A stretch of DNA of 64,000 nt. Origin: PVC group bacterium (GTDB lineage: Bacteria > Auribacterota > Erginobacteria > Erginobacterales > Erginobacteraceae). Where the stretch lies: positions 1,907-65,906 of the forward strand of contig JAZDIV010000033.1 in NCBI GenBank assembly GCA_043804695.1. The letters are read 5' to 3'. Within the stretch, counting starts at the first letter, position 1, and each line of letters begins with the position of its first letter. The position numbers and the translations under genes are program-made. A model generated the notes under the pieces. That model saw nothing but the letters and a program-made list of their open reading frames with translations, was not told the DNA's origin and did no database searches. Of this stretch, positions 1-8,506 are shown piece after piece.

Positions 1-1
1 G

Positions 2-790
2 GCCGTGGGCGGCTCCGCCGGCGGTCTCAGGTGGTCCCGCGGTGCGGCCGCCCTCCTGGCGTCCCGGGGATACGCGGCCCTGGCCCTGGCCTATTTCGGG
101 CTAAAAGGGCTCCCCCCGACCCTGAAGGAGATCCCCCTGGAATATTTTCAGAAAGCGATCGGGTGGCTGGAGAAACGTCCCGAGACCCGGAGCGGCACCC
201 TGCGCGTGATCGGGGTCTCGAAAGGCGGGGAACTGGCGCTCCTGCTCGGTTCCGTCTTCCCGGCCGTCACCGGGGTGGCCGCCTTCTCCGGGAGCGGACT
301 CGCCTTCAACTGCCTCGACCGGGCGGTAGTCTCATCGTGGACATTCCGGGGAAAGCCGATCCCGTTTGTTCCCTTCGCCGACGCCTCCTTCTTCTCCCGG
401 GCCGATTTCAGCCGTCCCCTCCGTTTCACCGGGTTCTATCTCGACAACATGAAAAACCCGGATGATCTCCGGGCCGCCGGGATCCCGGTGGAAAAAATCA
501 ACGGCCCCGTCTTCCTCGTCAGCGGGGGCGACGACGGGGTCTGGCCCGCCGGACAGCTGGCCGGGGCCGCCGTCCGGCGCCTGAAAGAGCACCATCATCC
601 CGTGACCCATCTCCACTATCCGGACGCCGGACATCTGACGAGATATCCCTTCCTGCCCACGACCTCTCTCTCCATGCGGATGGAAGAGATGGGTCTCACG
701 CTCGCCTTCGGGGGAAGCCCCGCGGCCAACCACCACGCCGCGGCCGACGCCTGGCCGCGGCTGCTGGATTTCCTGGAGCAGGGCCGGTGA
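2..790 (+). CDS. alpha/beta hydrolase, BAAT / acyl-CoA thioesterase C-terminal-like (5' end cut by window edge)
   Basis: The reading frame is open to the window edge. It has a nucleophile-elbow motif (VIGVSKGGELALLLGS) and a C-terminal DAGH, typical of the BAAT_C / dienelactone-hydrolase fold. Confidence 0.7.
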   Translation, partial: AVGGSAGGLRWSRGAAALLASRGYAALALAYFGLKGLPPTLKEIPLEYFQKAIGWLEKRPETRSGTLRVIGVSKGGELALLLGSVFPAVTGVAAFSGSGLAFNCLDRAVVSSWTFRGKPIPFVPFADASFFSRADFSRPLRFTGFYLDNMKNPDDLRAAGIPVEKINGPVFLVSGGDDGVWPAGQLAGAAVRRLKEHHHPVTHLHYPDAGHLTRYPFLPTTSLSMRMEEMGLTLAFGGSPAANHHAAADAWPRLLDFLEQGR

Positions 791-1509
791 AAGGCAAGGC
801 CCGCCTGAGATCGCTGCCGGCAGTGGCGACCGCCCTTTTTCTGGCCACCGCCGCGGTGCGGGCGGGGCAGGGAATGGCGAACAACACCGCCGTAACGGCA
901 ACCCCGTCGCCGGTGAGCGGAGAAGAGATTTCCGTACTCGATCATTTCCCCCTTCTCAACGGCCTGAGCTGGAAGTACCGTTCCAACCTGGGCGATGTCT
1001 CCTCCCGGGTCATCATCGACGGCGACCGGGTCACGATCATCTCCGAGTCGTCCCCCCTCGACATCAGGCAGACTCTCCAGCTCACGCCGGACGGACTCTT
1101 CCTGACCGAAGCCGAGAGCGACACCTTCCTCCTCTCCACCCGGAGAACCTATCACCCGTTCCTCCTCCGTTTCCCACGCCGGGTCGCGGTCGGCAAAAGC
1201 TGGGAATGGAAGGGGCGGGAAGTGGTGGACGGGGATATCATCGAGAGCCGGGTCGAGGGGGTCATTGACGGGTGGGAGACGGTCGCCGTCCCCGCCGGCG
1301 AGTTCAGATGCCTGAAAGTCACCGTCAGGACCGTCTCCGACGACGGGACGACCAGCTCTTCCACCCAGTGGCTCGCCTCCGGCATCGGGATCGTCCGGGC
1401 CGACATCAAGATCGATGCCGGCGGCCTCTCCGGTTTCATCATCTCCCTGCTCGGGTTCGATTCCTACCATCTGGAACTGGAAGAGATGAACCGGCCGGAG
1501 AAAAAATAA
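787..1509 (+). CDS. secreted hypothetical protein
   Basis: GTG start overlaps the upstream stop (GTGA). N-terminal signal-like segment LPAVATALFLATAAVRA. No family recognised. Confidence 0.55.
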   Translation: MKGKARLRSLPAVATALFLATAAVRAGQGMANNTAVTATPSPVSGEEISVLDHFPLLNGLSWKYRSNLGDVSSRVIIDGDRVTIISESSPLDIRQTLQLTPDGLFLTEAESDTFLLSTRRTYHPFLLRFPRRVAVGKSWEWKGREVVDGDIIESRVEGVIDGWETVAVPAGEFRCLKVTVRTVSDDGTTSSSTQWLASGIGIVRADIKIDAGGLSGFIISLLGFDSYHLELEEMNRPEKK

Positions 1510-1529
1510 TATTTGGAGGGGGGAAGAAA

Positions 1530-1729
1530 CGGTTTGACGGGAGGGCCGAAGCCCATTACCATATCCATTGTCTGGCTTGGGCCGGATCTCGGATATCCGG
1601 ATGAAGCCGCTCCCGGATCCGGCGGAGCGGATCGACGACCCCCGGGGGTTCACCGTCACCGGCCACACCCTGGAATGTGCCGGCATCTGCCCACAATGCC
1701 AAGCCGATTCCAAAAAAACCGGAGACTAG
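1530..1729 (+). pseudogene. Fur/PerR-family regulator remnant (C-terminal domain only, frameshifted)
   Basis: Frame 3 reads RFDGRAEAHYHIHCLAWAG. Frame 2 (ATG 1601 to TAG 1729) reads MKPLPDPAERIDDPRGFTVTGHTLECAGICPQCQ. Together these follow the Fur-family HxHxxCxxCG ... HxLxxxGxCxxC layout, with one Cys replaced by Trp. No winged-helix N-terminus is possible because the upstream gene ends at 1509. Confidence 0.45.
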
Positions 1730-1773
1730 TGGTTATGCGCGGATCAATAGCTTGCATAGATAGCAATAACAAG

Positions 1774-2005
1774 AAATTCCAAATCTCAAGCACCTCAGCC
1801 AAAGGCTGATCAGCCTCAGGCTGAAAATAACAAATAAATTCAAAATTACAATGACCGAAATTCCAAACAATTTACCAAAGTATGGGGGGAAACTCTCAAA
1901 TCCATTGTAAAGCCAATGCTCTTTGATGAGGCGACTTCGCTATCCCCGGCTCTGCCAGCCGGATTTGGAATTTGTGATTTGTGATTTATTTGTTATTTGG
2001 AATTT
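1774..2005. repeat. four copies of the 11-mer AAATTCCAAAY (two forward, two inverted) in the rbr upstream region
   Basis: aaattccaaat 1774-1784 and aaattccaaac 1858-1868. The inverted form atttggaattt is at 1963-1973 and 1995-2005. TCAGCC-N3-GGCTGA hairpins lie at 1796-1824. Confidence 0.7.
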
Positions 2006-2094
2006 GTAATTTAGTCATCTCGAACGGCGTTAGTAGTAATAATTAACATCATGACTAAAAACAAAAAATACTACCAACCTAAGGAGATATTGTC

Positions 2095-2673
2095 ATGGAA
2101 CTGAAAGGTTCACGGACAGCAAAAAATCTGATGACCGCCTTTACCGGCGAGTCTCAGGCCCGCAACCGTTATACCTATTTTGCCGGCAACGCGAGAAAAG
2201 AAGGGTTGGTCCAGATCTCCAATATCTTCGAGGAGACCGCCGGCCAGGAGAAAGAGCATGCGAACAGGCTCTTCAAGTTCATGACCGGCGGCGAAGAGGG
2301 GATTTTAGCGGAAGCAACTTTCCCCTTCGGGGTGATCGGGTCGACCGAGGAGAATTTGAAAGAGGCTGCCGGCGGCGAGCACTACGAGTGGACGGAGATG
2401 TACCCGGGTTTCGCCAAAATCGCCCGGGAGGAAGGCTTTGAGTCGATCGCGAAGGCGATGGAGTCGATCGCGGTGGCCGAGAAACAGCACGAAAAGCGCT
2501 ACCTCGGGCTGGCCGAGAACATCAAGCGGGGCCGGGTCTTCACGCGCGAGAAACCGGTGGTCTGGCGCTGCCTGAACTGCGGGTATCTCCACCAAGGTAC
2601 CGAGGCCCCGGAAATCTGCCCCGCCTGCGCTCATCCCCGGGCGTATTTCGAACTGCTGGGTGAAAACTGGTAA
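2095..2673 (+). CDS. rbr: rubrerythrin
   Basis: AAGGAG RBS. N-terminal diiron four-helix motifs (ESQARNRY, EKEH) plus a C-terminal rubredoxin-like CxxC...CxxC (WRCLNCGY...CPACAHP). Confidence 0.95.
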   Translation: MELKGSRTAKNLMTAFTGESQARNRYTYFAGNARKEGLVQISNIFEETAGQEKEHANRLFKFMTGGEEGILAEATFPFGVIGSTEENLKEAAGGEHYEWTEMYPGFAKIAREEGFESIAKAMESIAVAEKQHEKRYLGLAENIKRGRVFTREKPVVWRCLNCGYLHQGTEAPEICPACAHPRAYFELLGENW

Positions 2674-2681
2674 ATATTCTT

Positions 2682-2960
2682 CACCACCAAGACACGAAGA
2701 CACAAAAAAGGATCGGGGTTAACCTAAATTAGTTATGAAAATTAAATAATTCCATGAATAATTTAGGTTATTATTTGTCGTTCTATGTATTATGAATAGC
2801 AATCCTGTTATACGGCTACCGCACTCTGCTTTTTTCTTCTCCGGAAGGACAACATGTTATTCTTTTTGTTAACCCTGCCGGCAGAAATAGACCTTTGGCT
2901 GTAATTCATTGCCAAAGAATTTGATAAAATCAATCCTTCGTGTCTTAGTGTCTTTGTGGT
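2682..2960. repeat. split long inverted repeat of the ACCAAGACAC type with a nested palindrome
   Basis: Left arm caccaccaagacacgaagacac (2682-2703) is near-complementary to right arm gtgtcttagtgtctttgtggt (2940-2960). The right arm abuts the dfx RBS. Same arm sequence family as 16250-16340 and 56726-56820. Confidence 0.7.
2719..2770. repeat. palindromic intergenic element, ATTCATGAA family (variant copy a)
   Basis: ttaacctaaattagttatgaaaattaaataattccatgaataatttaggtta. The arms are complementary. Both arms carry cctaaatt where other copies have ccggatt. Confidence 0.75.
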
Positions 2961-2978
2961 TACAAAAGGAGGCCAGAG

Positions 2979-3359
2979 ATGACAAAGAGATTTGAGATCT
3001 ATAAATGCGAGGTCTGCGGGAACATCGTGGAAGTCCTCCACGCCGGCGCCGGGGCACTCGTCTGCTGCGGACAGGAAATGACCCTGATGGAGGAGAAGAC
3101 CGCCGACAAGACCATTGAGAAACACGTCCCGGTGATCGAAGAGGTGCAAGACGGTACGGTCGTCAAGGTCGGGTCCGTCCCCCACCCGATGGCGGATGCC
3201 CATTATATCGAGTGGATCCAGATGATCTCTCCCGACGGCGTTCACGCTCCCCGGCATTTCCTGAAGCCGGGCGAGCCGCCGGAGACAAAGTTCAAGATGA
3301 AGCCGGCCGGAGCCACCGCCCGCGAGTTCTGCAACGTCCACGGTCTCTGGAAGAGCTGA
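2979..3359 (+). CDS. dfx: desulfoferrodoxin (2Fe superoxide reductase)
   Basis: AAGGAGG RBS. N-terminal desulforedoxin motif YKCEVCGNIVEV...LVCCG, followed by an SOR domain (KHVPVIE...). Confidence 0.95.
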   Translation: MTKRFEIYKCEVCGNIVEVLHAGAGALVCCGQEMTLMEEKTADKTIEKHVPVIEEVQDGTVVKVGSVPHPMADAHYIEWIQMISPDGVHAPRHFLKPGEPPETKFKMKPAGATAREFCNVHGLWKS

Positions 3360-3511
3360 GCAAATGCCGAGGGGATGAACTTGCTTAAATCGTGATCTTC
3401 AACTTATTATCCATTTCCAAACATTACGGCAAGCGGTATGCAGTAAGCGGTACGCGGTTTTGACTGCTTACCGCTAACCGCTCGCTGCTTACCTGTTTTG
3501 AGGAGGTCCCC

Positions 3512-4024
3512 ATGCTGAGTAAAAAGATGCAGGAAGCGTTAAACACGCAGATCAATAAGGAGCTTTACTCGGCGTACCTTTATCTCTCGATGGCCGCCTA
3601 CTGCGAGACGGTCAACCTGAAGGGCTTCGCCAACTGGATGATGGTCCAGGTCCAGGAAGAGCTGAGCCACGCCCAAAAATTTTTTCACGTCGTCAACGAG
3701 AGGGGGGGCAGGGTCGTCCTCCAGCCGATCGACGGCCCCCCTGCCAAATGGGACTCCCCCCTGGCCGTCTTCAAAAATGTTTACGAGCACGAGCAGCTGG
3801 TCACCGGCCTGATCAACGGCCTGGTCAGGCTCGCGCGGGAAGAGAATGATTGCGCGACCGAAGCGGCGCTCCAGTGGTTTGTCACCGAACAGGTCGAGGA
3901 GGAAGCCTCTGCCGGCGAGGTGGTCGAGCAGCTGAAACTGGCCGGGGACCGGGGCGGAGAATTCTTCATGCTCGATCGCGAACTGGGAACACGCGTCTTC
4001 ACGCCGCCGGCGGCGTCGGGGTAG
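3512..4024 (+). CDS. ftn: bacterial non-heme ferritin
   Basis: GAGGAGG RBS. Ferritin-like diiron residues in LNTQINKELYSAYLYLSMA...QEELSHA...EHEQ. Confidence 0.9.
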   Translation: MLSKKMQEALNTQINKELYSAYLYLSMAAYCETVNLKGFANWMMVQVQEELSHAQKFFHVVNERGGRVVLQPIDGPPAKWDSPLAVFKNVYEHEQLVTGLINGLVRLAREENDCATEAALQWFVTEQVEEEASAGEVVEQLKLAGDRGGEFFMLDRELGTRVFTPPAASG

Positions 4025-4035
4025 TTCGAGAACTG

Positions 4036-4080
4036 CTTCGGAATATTCAGTAGCGGAGATCCGCATCTGATACACAATAA
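4036..4080. repeat. conserved-flank hairpin element (CTTCGGAATNTTCAG ... CTGAT.CACAATAA), variant copy
   Basis: cttcggaatattcag-tagcggagatccgcat-ctgatacacaataa. It shares both flanks with 18953-18999 and 56674-56720 but has a different internal hairpin (gcgga gat ccgc). Confidence 0.6.
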
Positions 4081-4106
4081 TTTTATTTTTCCGGAGGAAA
4101 AATAAC

Positions 4107-4328
4107 ATGAGAGAAAAAGTGGAAGCGGCTTTGAACAAGGTCCGGCCGTTTTTGCAGGCGGACGGCGGCGACGTGGAACTGATCGACGTGACTCCGGAGG
4201 GGTTGGTCAGGGTCAAGCTGACCGGCGCCTGCGGGGGCTGTCCGATGAGCCAGATGACGCTCAAGCACGGAGTGGAACGGGCGATCCGGGAAGAGGTCCC
4301 CGAGATCACCGGGGTTGAATCCGTATAA
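4107..4328 (+). CDS. NifU-like (Nfu C-terminal domain) Fe-S cluster carrier
   Basis: GGAGG RBS. 73 aa with RPFLQADGGDVELIDV...GACGGCPMS, the CxxC of the NifU_C domain. Confidence 0.85.
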   Translation: MREKVEAALNKVRPFLQADGGDVELIDVTPEGLVRVKLTGACGGCPMSQMTLKHGVERAIREEVPEITGVESV

Positions 4329-4446
4329 ATCGCATTATTTTCGTTTTACAAAATTTTTGGGCCGTAGTAGAGTGTCCCCGGTAATCTGGTTTGACTCCAC
4401 GGTCCACGCGATCACGATCAACCAGAAGCCATGAGGAGGAAAGCTG

Positions 4447-4764
4447 ATGGCCATCTTCCGTGAAGGAGCATATCTGGTCTGTATGCGCTGCGGGCGCGAG
4501 ATTGTAATCACCAACGCCGGATACTCGATGACCGATATCTGGTGCTGTATACCGACCAACCCCATGGTCACAAAGGCCACGGCGGCACAGTCAACCAGGG
4601 AAGCAGAAAAGGAGGCTCCCATGAAAGCGGCGAAAAAGAAAGCCCCGGCCAGAAAGGCCGCCAAGAAAAAAGTGGTGAAGACGGCAGCCAAGAAAAAAGT
4701 CATTAAGAAAAAAGCCCCGGCCAAAAAGGCAGCCAAGAAAAAAGTCGCTAGGAAGAAGAAATAG
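4447..4764 (+). CDS. desulforedoxin-like CxxC...CC domain fused to a Lys/Ala-rich histone-H1-like tail
   Basis: GAGGAGG RBS. The N-terminus YLVCMRCGREIVITNAG...WCC parallels the Dfx N-terminus YKCEVCGNIVEVLHAG...VCC in this window. The C-terminal ~50 aa are AKKKA/AAKKK repeats. An intrinsic terminator follows. Confidence 0.7.
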   Translation: MAIFREGAYLVCMRCGREIVITNAGYSMTDIWCCIPTNPMVTKATAAQSTREAEKEAPMKAAKKKAPARKAAKKKVVKTAAKKKVIKKKAPAKKAAKKKVARKKK

Positions 4765-4784
4765 CGATTCCTGTTTGCAAGGAA

Positions 4785-4818
4785 GGAGCCCCGGCCTGCC
4801 CGGGGCTCCTTTTCTTTT
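4785..4818 (+). terminator. rho-independent terminator
   Basis: ggagccccgg-cctgc-ccggggctcc stem-loop followed by ttttctttt. Confidence 0.75.
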
Positions 4819-4864
4819 ATCAAGATCTGCCGAGGGGGAAGGGGAATCTTCAACATCTTAAACC

Positions 4865-5551
4865 ATGAGCCTGAAGATCAACACCGGCCATAAACCATTC
4901 ATCATGGTCTTTGATTTCGACGGGACCATCACCGAGGAGGATATCTTCGACGCCGTCTTCGCCCGCTTCGCCGACCCGAAATGCTGGGAGGCACACCGGG
5001 CCTACCATGACCGGGAGATCAGCATGAAGGAGGCCTACCTGGCGATGGCTGAATACTTCCGGGGCAGCGCGGAAGAGGTCCGCGATTTTGTCCGGGAGTT
5101 CGCCCGCCTCCGCTCCGGCTTCAAGGAGCTGCAGGCGGCGCTCTTTGCCCGCGGGCTCCGGACGATGATCGTCTCCAACGGATTCGACATCTACCTCCAC
5201 TACCTCCTCGACTTCTGGGGACTCGACTTCGCCCCGGAAGATATTTTCTGCCACCACGCTGAGATTCAAGACGGCCGTTTCATCCCTTCCTTCCGCGAGC
5301 ACCGTGACCTCCGGCACGACCACTGCCTGATCGGGAAGGCGGAGATCATCCGGGAGCTTCAGGAGAAGGGCTCGTTTGTCGCCTTTGCCGGAAACGGCTG
5401 GAGCGACACGCCCGCCTCCCACGTCGCCGACCTGGTCTTTGCCCGGGATCGACTGGCCCGGTACTGCCGGGAGCACCGCCTCCCCTCCGTCCCCTTCTCG
5501 ACCTTTCATGAGGTGGGAACCTATCTCTTCGGGGGCAAAAGAAATGCGTGA
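4865..5551 (+). CDS. HAD-IB family phosphatase (MtnX / phosphoserine-phosphatase-like)
   Basis: Motif I FDFDGTIT. SNGF and GNGWSD motifs. Confidence 0.8.
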   Translation: MSLKINTGHKPFIMVFDFDGTITEEDIFDAVFARFADPKCWEAHRAYHDREISMKEAYLAMAEYFRGSAEEVRDFVREFARLRSGFKELQAALFARGLRTMIVSNGFDIYLHYLLDFWGLDFAPEDIFCHHAEIQDGRFIPSFREHRDLRHDHCLIGKAEIIRELQEKGSFVAFAGNGWSDTPASHVADLVFARDRLARYCREHRLPSVPFSTFHEVGTYLFGGKRNA

Positions 5552-7652
5552 TTCCGTCAAAGCGTCTGTCCGGATATTGCTGCCGCTGGCGATCATCATT
5601 CTGCTGACGGGTTTTTTTGCCGATTTGATATACCGGGCCACGGAAAAACAGCTGGTGAGCGATTTCGGCAGAGACCAGCTGGTGCTGGCGAGTTCCGCGT
5701 CCAAGAACATAGATTTCTACCTGCGCAGCCTGGGGACCGATTCGCTCCGGCTCTCCCGCGATCTCTCGGCGGGCGGTTGGAAGGAGGGGGAGACCGAGGC
5801 GAAGCTCGCCTTCACCTTCGCAAGCATGTTCCCGCGGGCGGACGTCCTGCTGGTGGCCGATCTGAGCGGCCAGATCCGTTCCGTCTTCCCGCGTGACTTT
5901 TTCCGGGGAGAGGAGAGGATAGCGTTAGTGGAAACGGACCAGGTGCTTCAGGGCCTGAAGAAAGGGACGCCGCATATTTTCTCCCGCTCCTTCCGCATCC
6001 GAAACAAAATCAGGTACCTGGTGTTTCTCGCGTCGCCGGTTTATCAGGCCGCCCTTCCCGGCTCTCCGGGCGGGCCGGCGGCGGTTCATGATTTGGATGG
6101 CCTCGTCTGCGTCGGGATCGCCATCGATGAGATAGTGGAGAACTTCATCCTTCCGGACGTCACCGGGTCGTTGCCGACTATTTATATCATTGACTCCGAC
6201 GGCACGTTCCTGGCGCACTCGACCGCGGATGTTGCCGGCCAAAACGCGCTCTCGCTCGCGCGGGAAGGAGGAAAAGGGCTATCTCTGGCCGGGATGGGGG
6301 AAAATCGCCTGCACGGGATCCTGCAAGGGGAGGAAAGCTCGGGGATCGTCCGGGGAGGAGACCCGGGCGATCAGATCGTCTCCTTCGCGTTTAGCACGGT
6401 GGGGGGATCCCGCTGGCTGGTCGGCGTGAGCCGGCCCCTCCGCCAGATCGCCCAATCCCTCAACCGGATCCAGAAGTACTACGTTTCTTTTCTCGCCTTT
6501 CTTCTCTGTCTGGGTTTCGTCTCCGGATATTTCCTCTTCAGGGCGCACCGGGCCCGGGTGCGGGCGGAAGAAGAAGCCCGCGTCCAGCGGAAGCTCAAGG
6601 AATCGGAGGAGCGGTACCGGACGCTGGTGGAGAGCAGTCCGGACGGTATCATCACCCTCGATCTGGAGGGCGGGATCGCGGATTTCAACCAGACCTTCGC
6701 TTCGATGCTGGGATATCCGCCCGCCGAAATCGCCGGCCTGGACCTGAGGCGGGTTGTCACTCCCCCCGGACAGGAACAGATTCCGCTGCCGGCCTTCTTG
6801 GCCGAGGGGCGGAGTGAATCCGGAATCGAACTGCAGCTTTACCGTCCCGACGGAAGGATTCTGCAGATTTCGATGGACGCGGCGCTCAAGTTCGATGAAG
6901 ACGGTTCTCCCCGGCATTACTTCGCGGTGCTGAGAGATGTCACGCAGAAAAAGGAACTGGAACAGAAACTCGCCTTCGCCGATAAAATGGCCGGCATCGG
7001 CCAGCTGGCGGCCGGCGTGGCTCACGAATTCAACAATCTCCTTTCCCTCATCCGGAGCTCGGCCGAGATCGTGGCCCATTTCATCGGAGACGGGAAAACC
7101 CGCCCCGAAGTGCTGAAAATCGTCAAAGCGTCGGACCGGGGCGCCGTCCTGGTCGACGGCCTACTCCATTTCGCCGGCCGCAAGTCCGGAGTCCGGGAAA
7201 AGATCGATCCGGTGCAGGCCCTAGAAGAAGTCCTGGAGCTGGTGGCGGCCGATTTCCACACCTCCGGTCTCACCGTGCGGAAGGAATACTCTCTCGTGCC
7301 GGAGGTAGCGGCGGACAAGGGGCAGCTCCAGCAGGTCTTTTTAAATCTTATCATCAACGCCCGGGAGGCGATGGCGCGGGAACATACGCTCACGCTCCGG
7401 GCCGGCCACCAGGGAGACGAGGTGATTCTGGAGTTCGAAAACAACGGGCGCCCCATTTCCGCGGAGGCGCTTCACCACATCTTCGAGCCGTTCTACAGTT
7501 CCCGGGAAAGCAGGCGGAGCGGGAAGCGGGGAACGGGGCTGGGGCTCTCCATCTCGCTGGGGATCATCAAAGCCCACGGCGGAACCATCGCGGTGGCGAG
7601 CGGGGAGGGACGGCCCACGGTTTTCACCGTCAAACTGCCGGCGGCTTCATGA
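5544..7652 (+). CDS. sensor histidine kinase (periplasmic Cache-like domain, PAS, HisKA, HATPase_c)
   Basis: Start moved to ATG 5544 (MRDSVKASVRILLPLAIIILL, a TM helix). H-box GVAHEFNNLL, N-box LIINAREAM, G-box GTGLGLSIS. PAS segment ERYRTLVESSPDGIITLD. Confidence 0.85.
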   Translation: MRDSVKASVRILLPLAIIILLTGFFADLIYRATEKQLVSDFGRDQLVLASSASKNIDFYLRSLGTDSLRLSRDLSAGGWKEGETEAKLAFTFASMFPRADVLLVADLSGQIRSVFPRDFFRGEERIALVETDQVLQGLKKGTPHIFSRSFRIRNKIRYLVFLASPVYQAALPGSPGGPAAVHDLDGLVCVGIAIDEIVENFILPDVTGSLPTIYIIDSDGTFLAHSTADVAGQNALSLAREGGKGLSLAGMGENRLHGILQGEESSGIVRGGDPGDQIVSFAFSTVGGSRWLVGVSRPLRQIAQSLNRIQKYYVSFLAFLLCLGFVSGYFLFRAHRARVRAEEEARVQRKLKESEERYRTLVESSPDGIITLDLEGGIADFNQTFASMLGYPPAEIAGLDLRRVVTPPGQEQIPLPAFLAEGRSESGIELQLYRPDGRILQISMDAALKFDEDGSPRHYFAVLRDVTQKKELEQKLAFADKMAGIGQLAAGVAHEFNNLLSLIRSSAEIVAHFIGDGKTRPEVLKIVKASDRGAVLVDGLLHFAGRKSGVREKIDPVQALEEVLELVAADFHTSGLTVRKEYSLVPEVAADKGQLQQVFLNLIINAREAMAREHTLTLRAGHQGDEVILEFENNGRPISAEALHHIFEPFYSSRESRRSGKRGTGLGLSISLGIIKAHGGTIAVASGEGRPTVFTVKLPAAS

Positions 7653-7676
7653 TGCCGCCCGGGGAGTTCCGAAACC

Positions 7677-8276
7677 ATGAGAAAGATACGGGTGCTGATT
7701 GTTGACGACGACCGCGACCTCTGCGACAACCTGAGCAAGATCCTCTCGCTGGACGATCGGGAAACGGAGGTCGCGTTCGACGGCGCCGACGCCCTGGTTA
7801 AACTGCGCCGCCGGGAATACGACGTGCTGGTTCTGGACATCAAAATGCCGGGGATGGACGGGATTCAGCTGCTGCAGGAGATCCAGGACCGGTCGGGGAA
7901 TACCGCGGTGATCATCCTCACCGCCTACCCCACGCTGGAGACGGCCATGGACGCGGTGGGGGACAGGATGATCATCGAATACGTCCGCAAGCCCTTTTCC
8001 ATGCAGCAGATCCGGAACGCGGTGGGGAAAGCCGCCGCGAGCATCGGCCTGGTGAGCTGCCCGCCCGAAAATCTCAACGAGCGGGTGGGGGCACTGGTTC
8101 GCCGCCGGCGGAACCTGAAGGAGATGGGCGGCCGGGAACTGGCCCGGGCCGCCGGTCTGTCTCCCAGCCTGCTCAGCCAGGTGGAATCGGGAAAGAGCGC
8201 CGCCTCGCTGAAAACGCTTTACCAGATCGCGAAAGCGCTGGATCTCAGCGTCTCTGATCTTCTGCAGGATTTGTGA
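7677..8276 (+). CDS. response regulator, REC domain with C-terminal XRE-type HTH
   Basis: VLIVDDD...DVLVLDIKMPGMDG receiver. C-terminus LKEMGGRELARAAGLSPSLLSQVESGK is an HTH_3. Confidence 0.85.
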   Translation: MRKIRVLIVDDDRDLCDNLSKILSLDDRETEVAFDGADALVKLRRREYDVLVLDIKMPGMDGIQLLQEIQDRSGNTAVIILTAYPTLETAMDAVGDRMIIEYVRKPFSMQQIRNAVGKAAASIGLVSCPPENLNERVGALVRRRRNLKEMGGRELARAAGLSPSLLSQVESGKSAASLKTLYQIAKALDLSVSDLLQDL

Positions 8277-8506
8277 GGAAGTATCTCATTGCCCATCCGC
8301 CCAATTCGGTCGGCCCCTGAAAATCCGGGATAACCTCCGCTCTCCCGCTTGATGCCGCGAACCTCCGGTCAGCCCCGGGCAGCGGCACGTCCATCCATCT
8401 CTTCTTGTTAGTTAGAACCCCCTGGTTTATCGCCCGGTGTTCAATGCCATGAAATTAAATTCATTCCCACTTTACATCTCTACGCTTGGATGCTACGCTT
8501 CCCGCC

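Noticed and set aside
616-1713. 365-aa ORF on the minus strand
   Set aside because: It is antisense to the better-supported 2-790 and 787-1509 genes. Its composition is Arg/Pro/Gly-rich, typical of wrong-frame ORFs in GC-rich DNA, and it has no motif.
1513-1809. 98-aa ORF upstream of rbr
   Set aside because: It is the wrong frame through the Fur/PerR remnant and continues into AT-rich repeat sequence. The Fur-like motifs are in the other two frames.
2025-2094. PerR/Fur box upstream of rbr
   Set aside because: AT-rich words (tagtagtaataattaac) are present, but I could not find a convincing 7-1-7 palindrome of the TTATAATnATTATAA or GATAATGATAATCATTATC type.
4335-4856. 173-aa minus-strand ORF with FFLAAF repeats
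   Set aside because: It is the antisense reading of the AAKKK tail of 4447-4764 and runs through that gene's terminator.
5376-5543. N-terminal 56-aa extension of the histidine kinase ORF
   Set aside because: It overlaps the HAD phosphatase coding frame and has a Pro/Ser-rich composition. ATG 5544 precedes the first TM helix.
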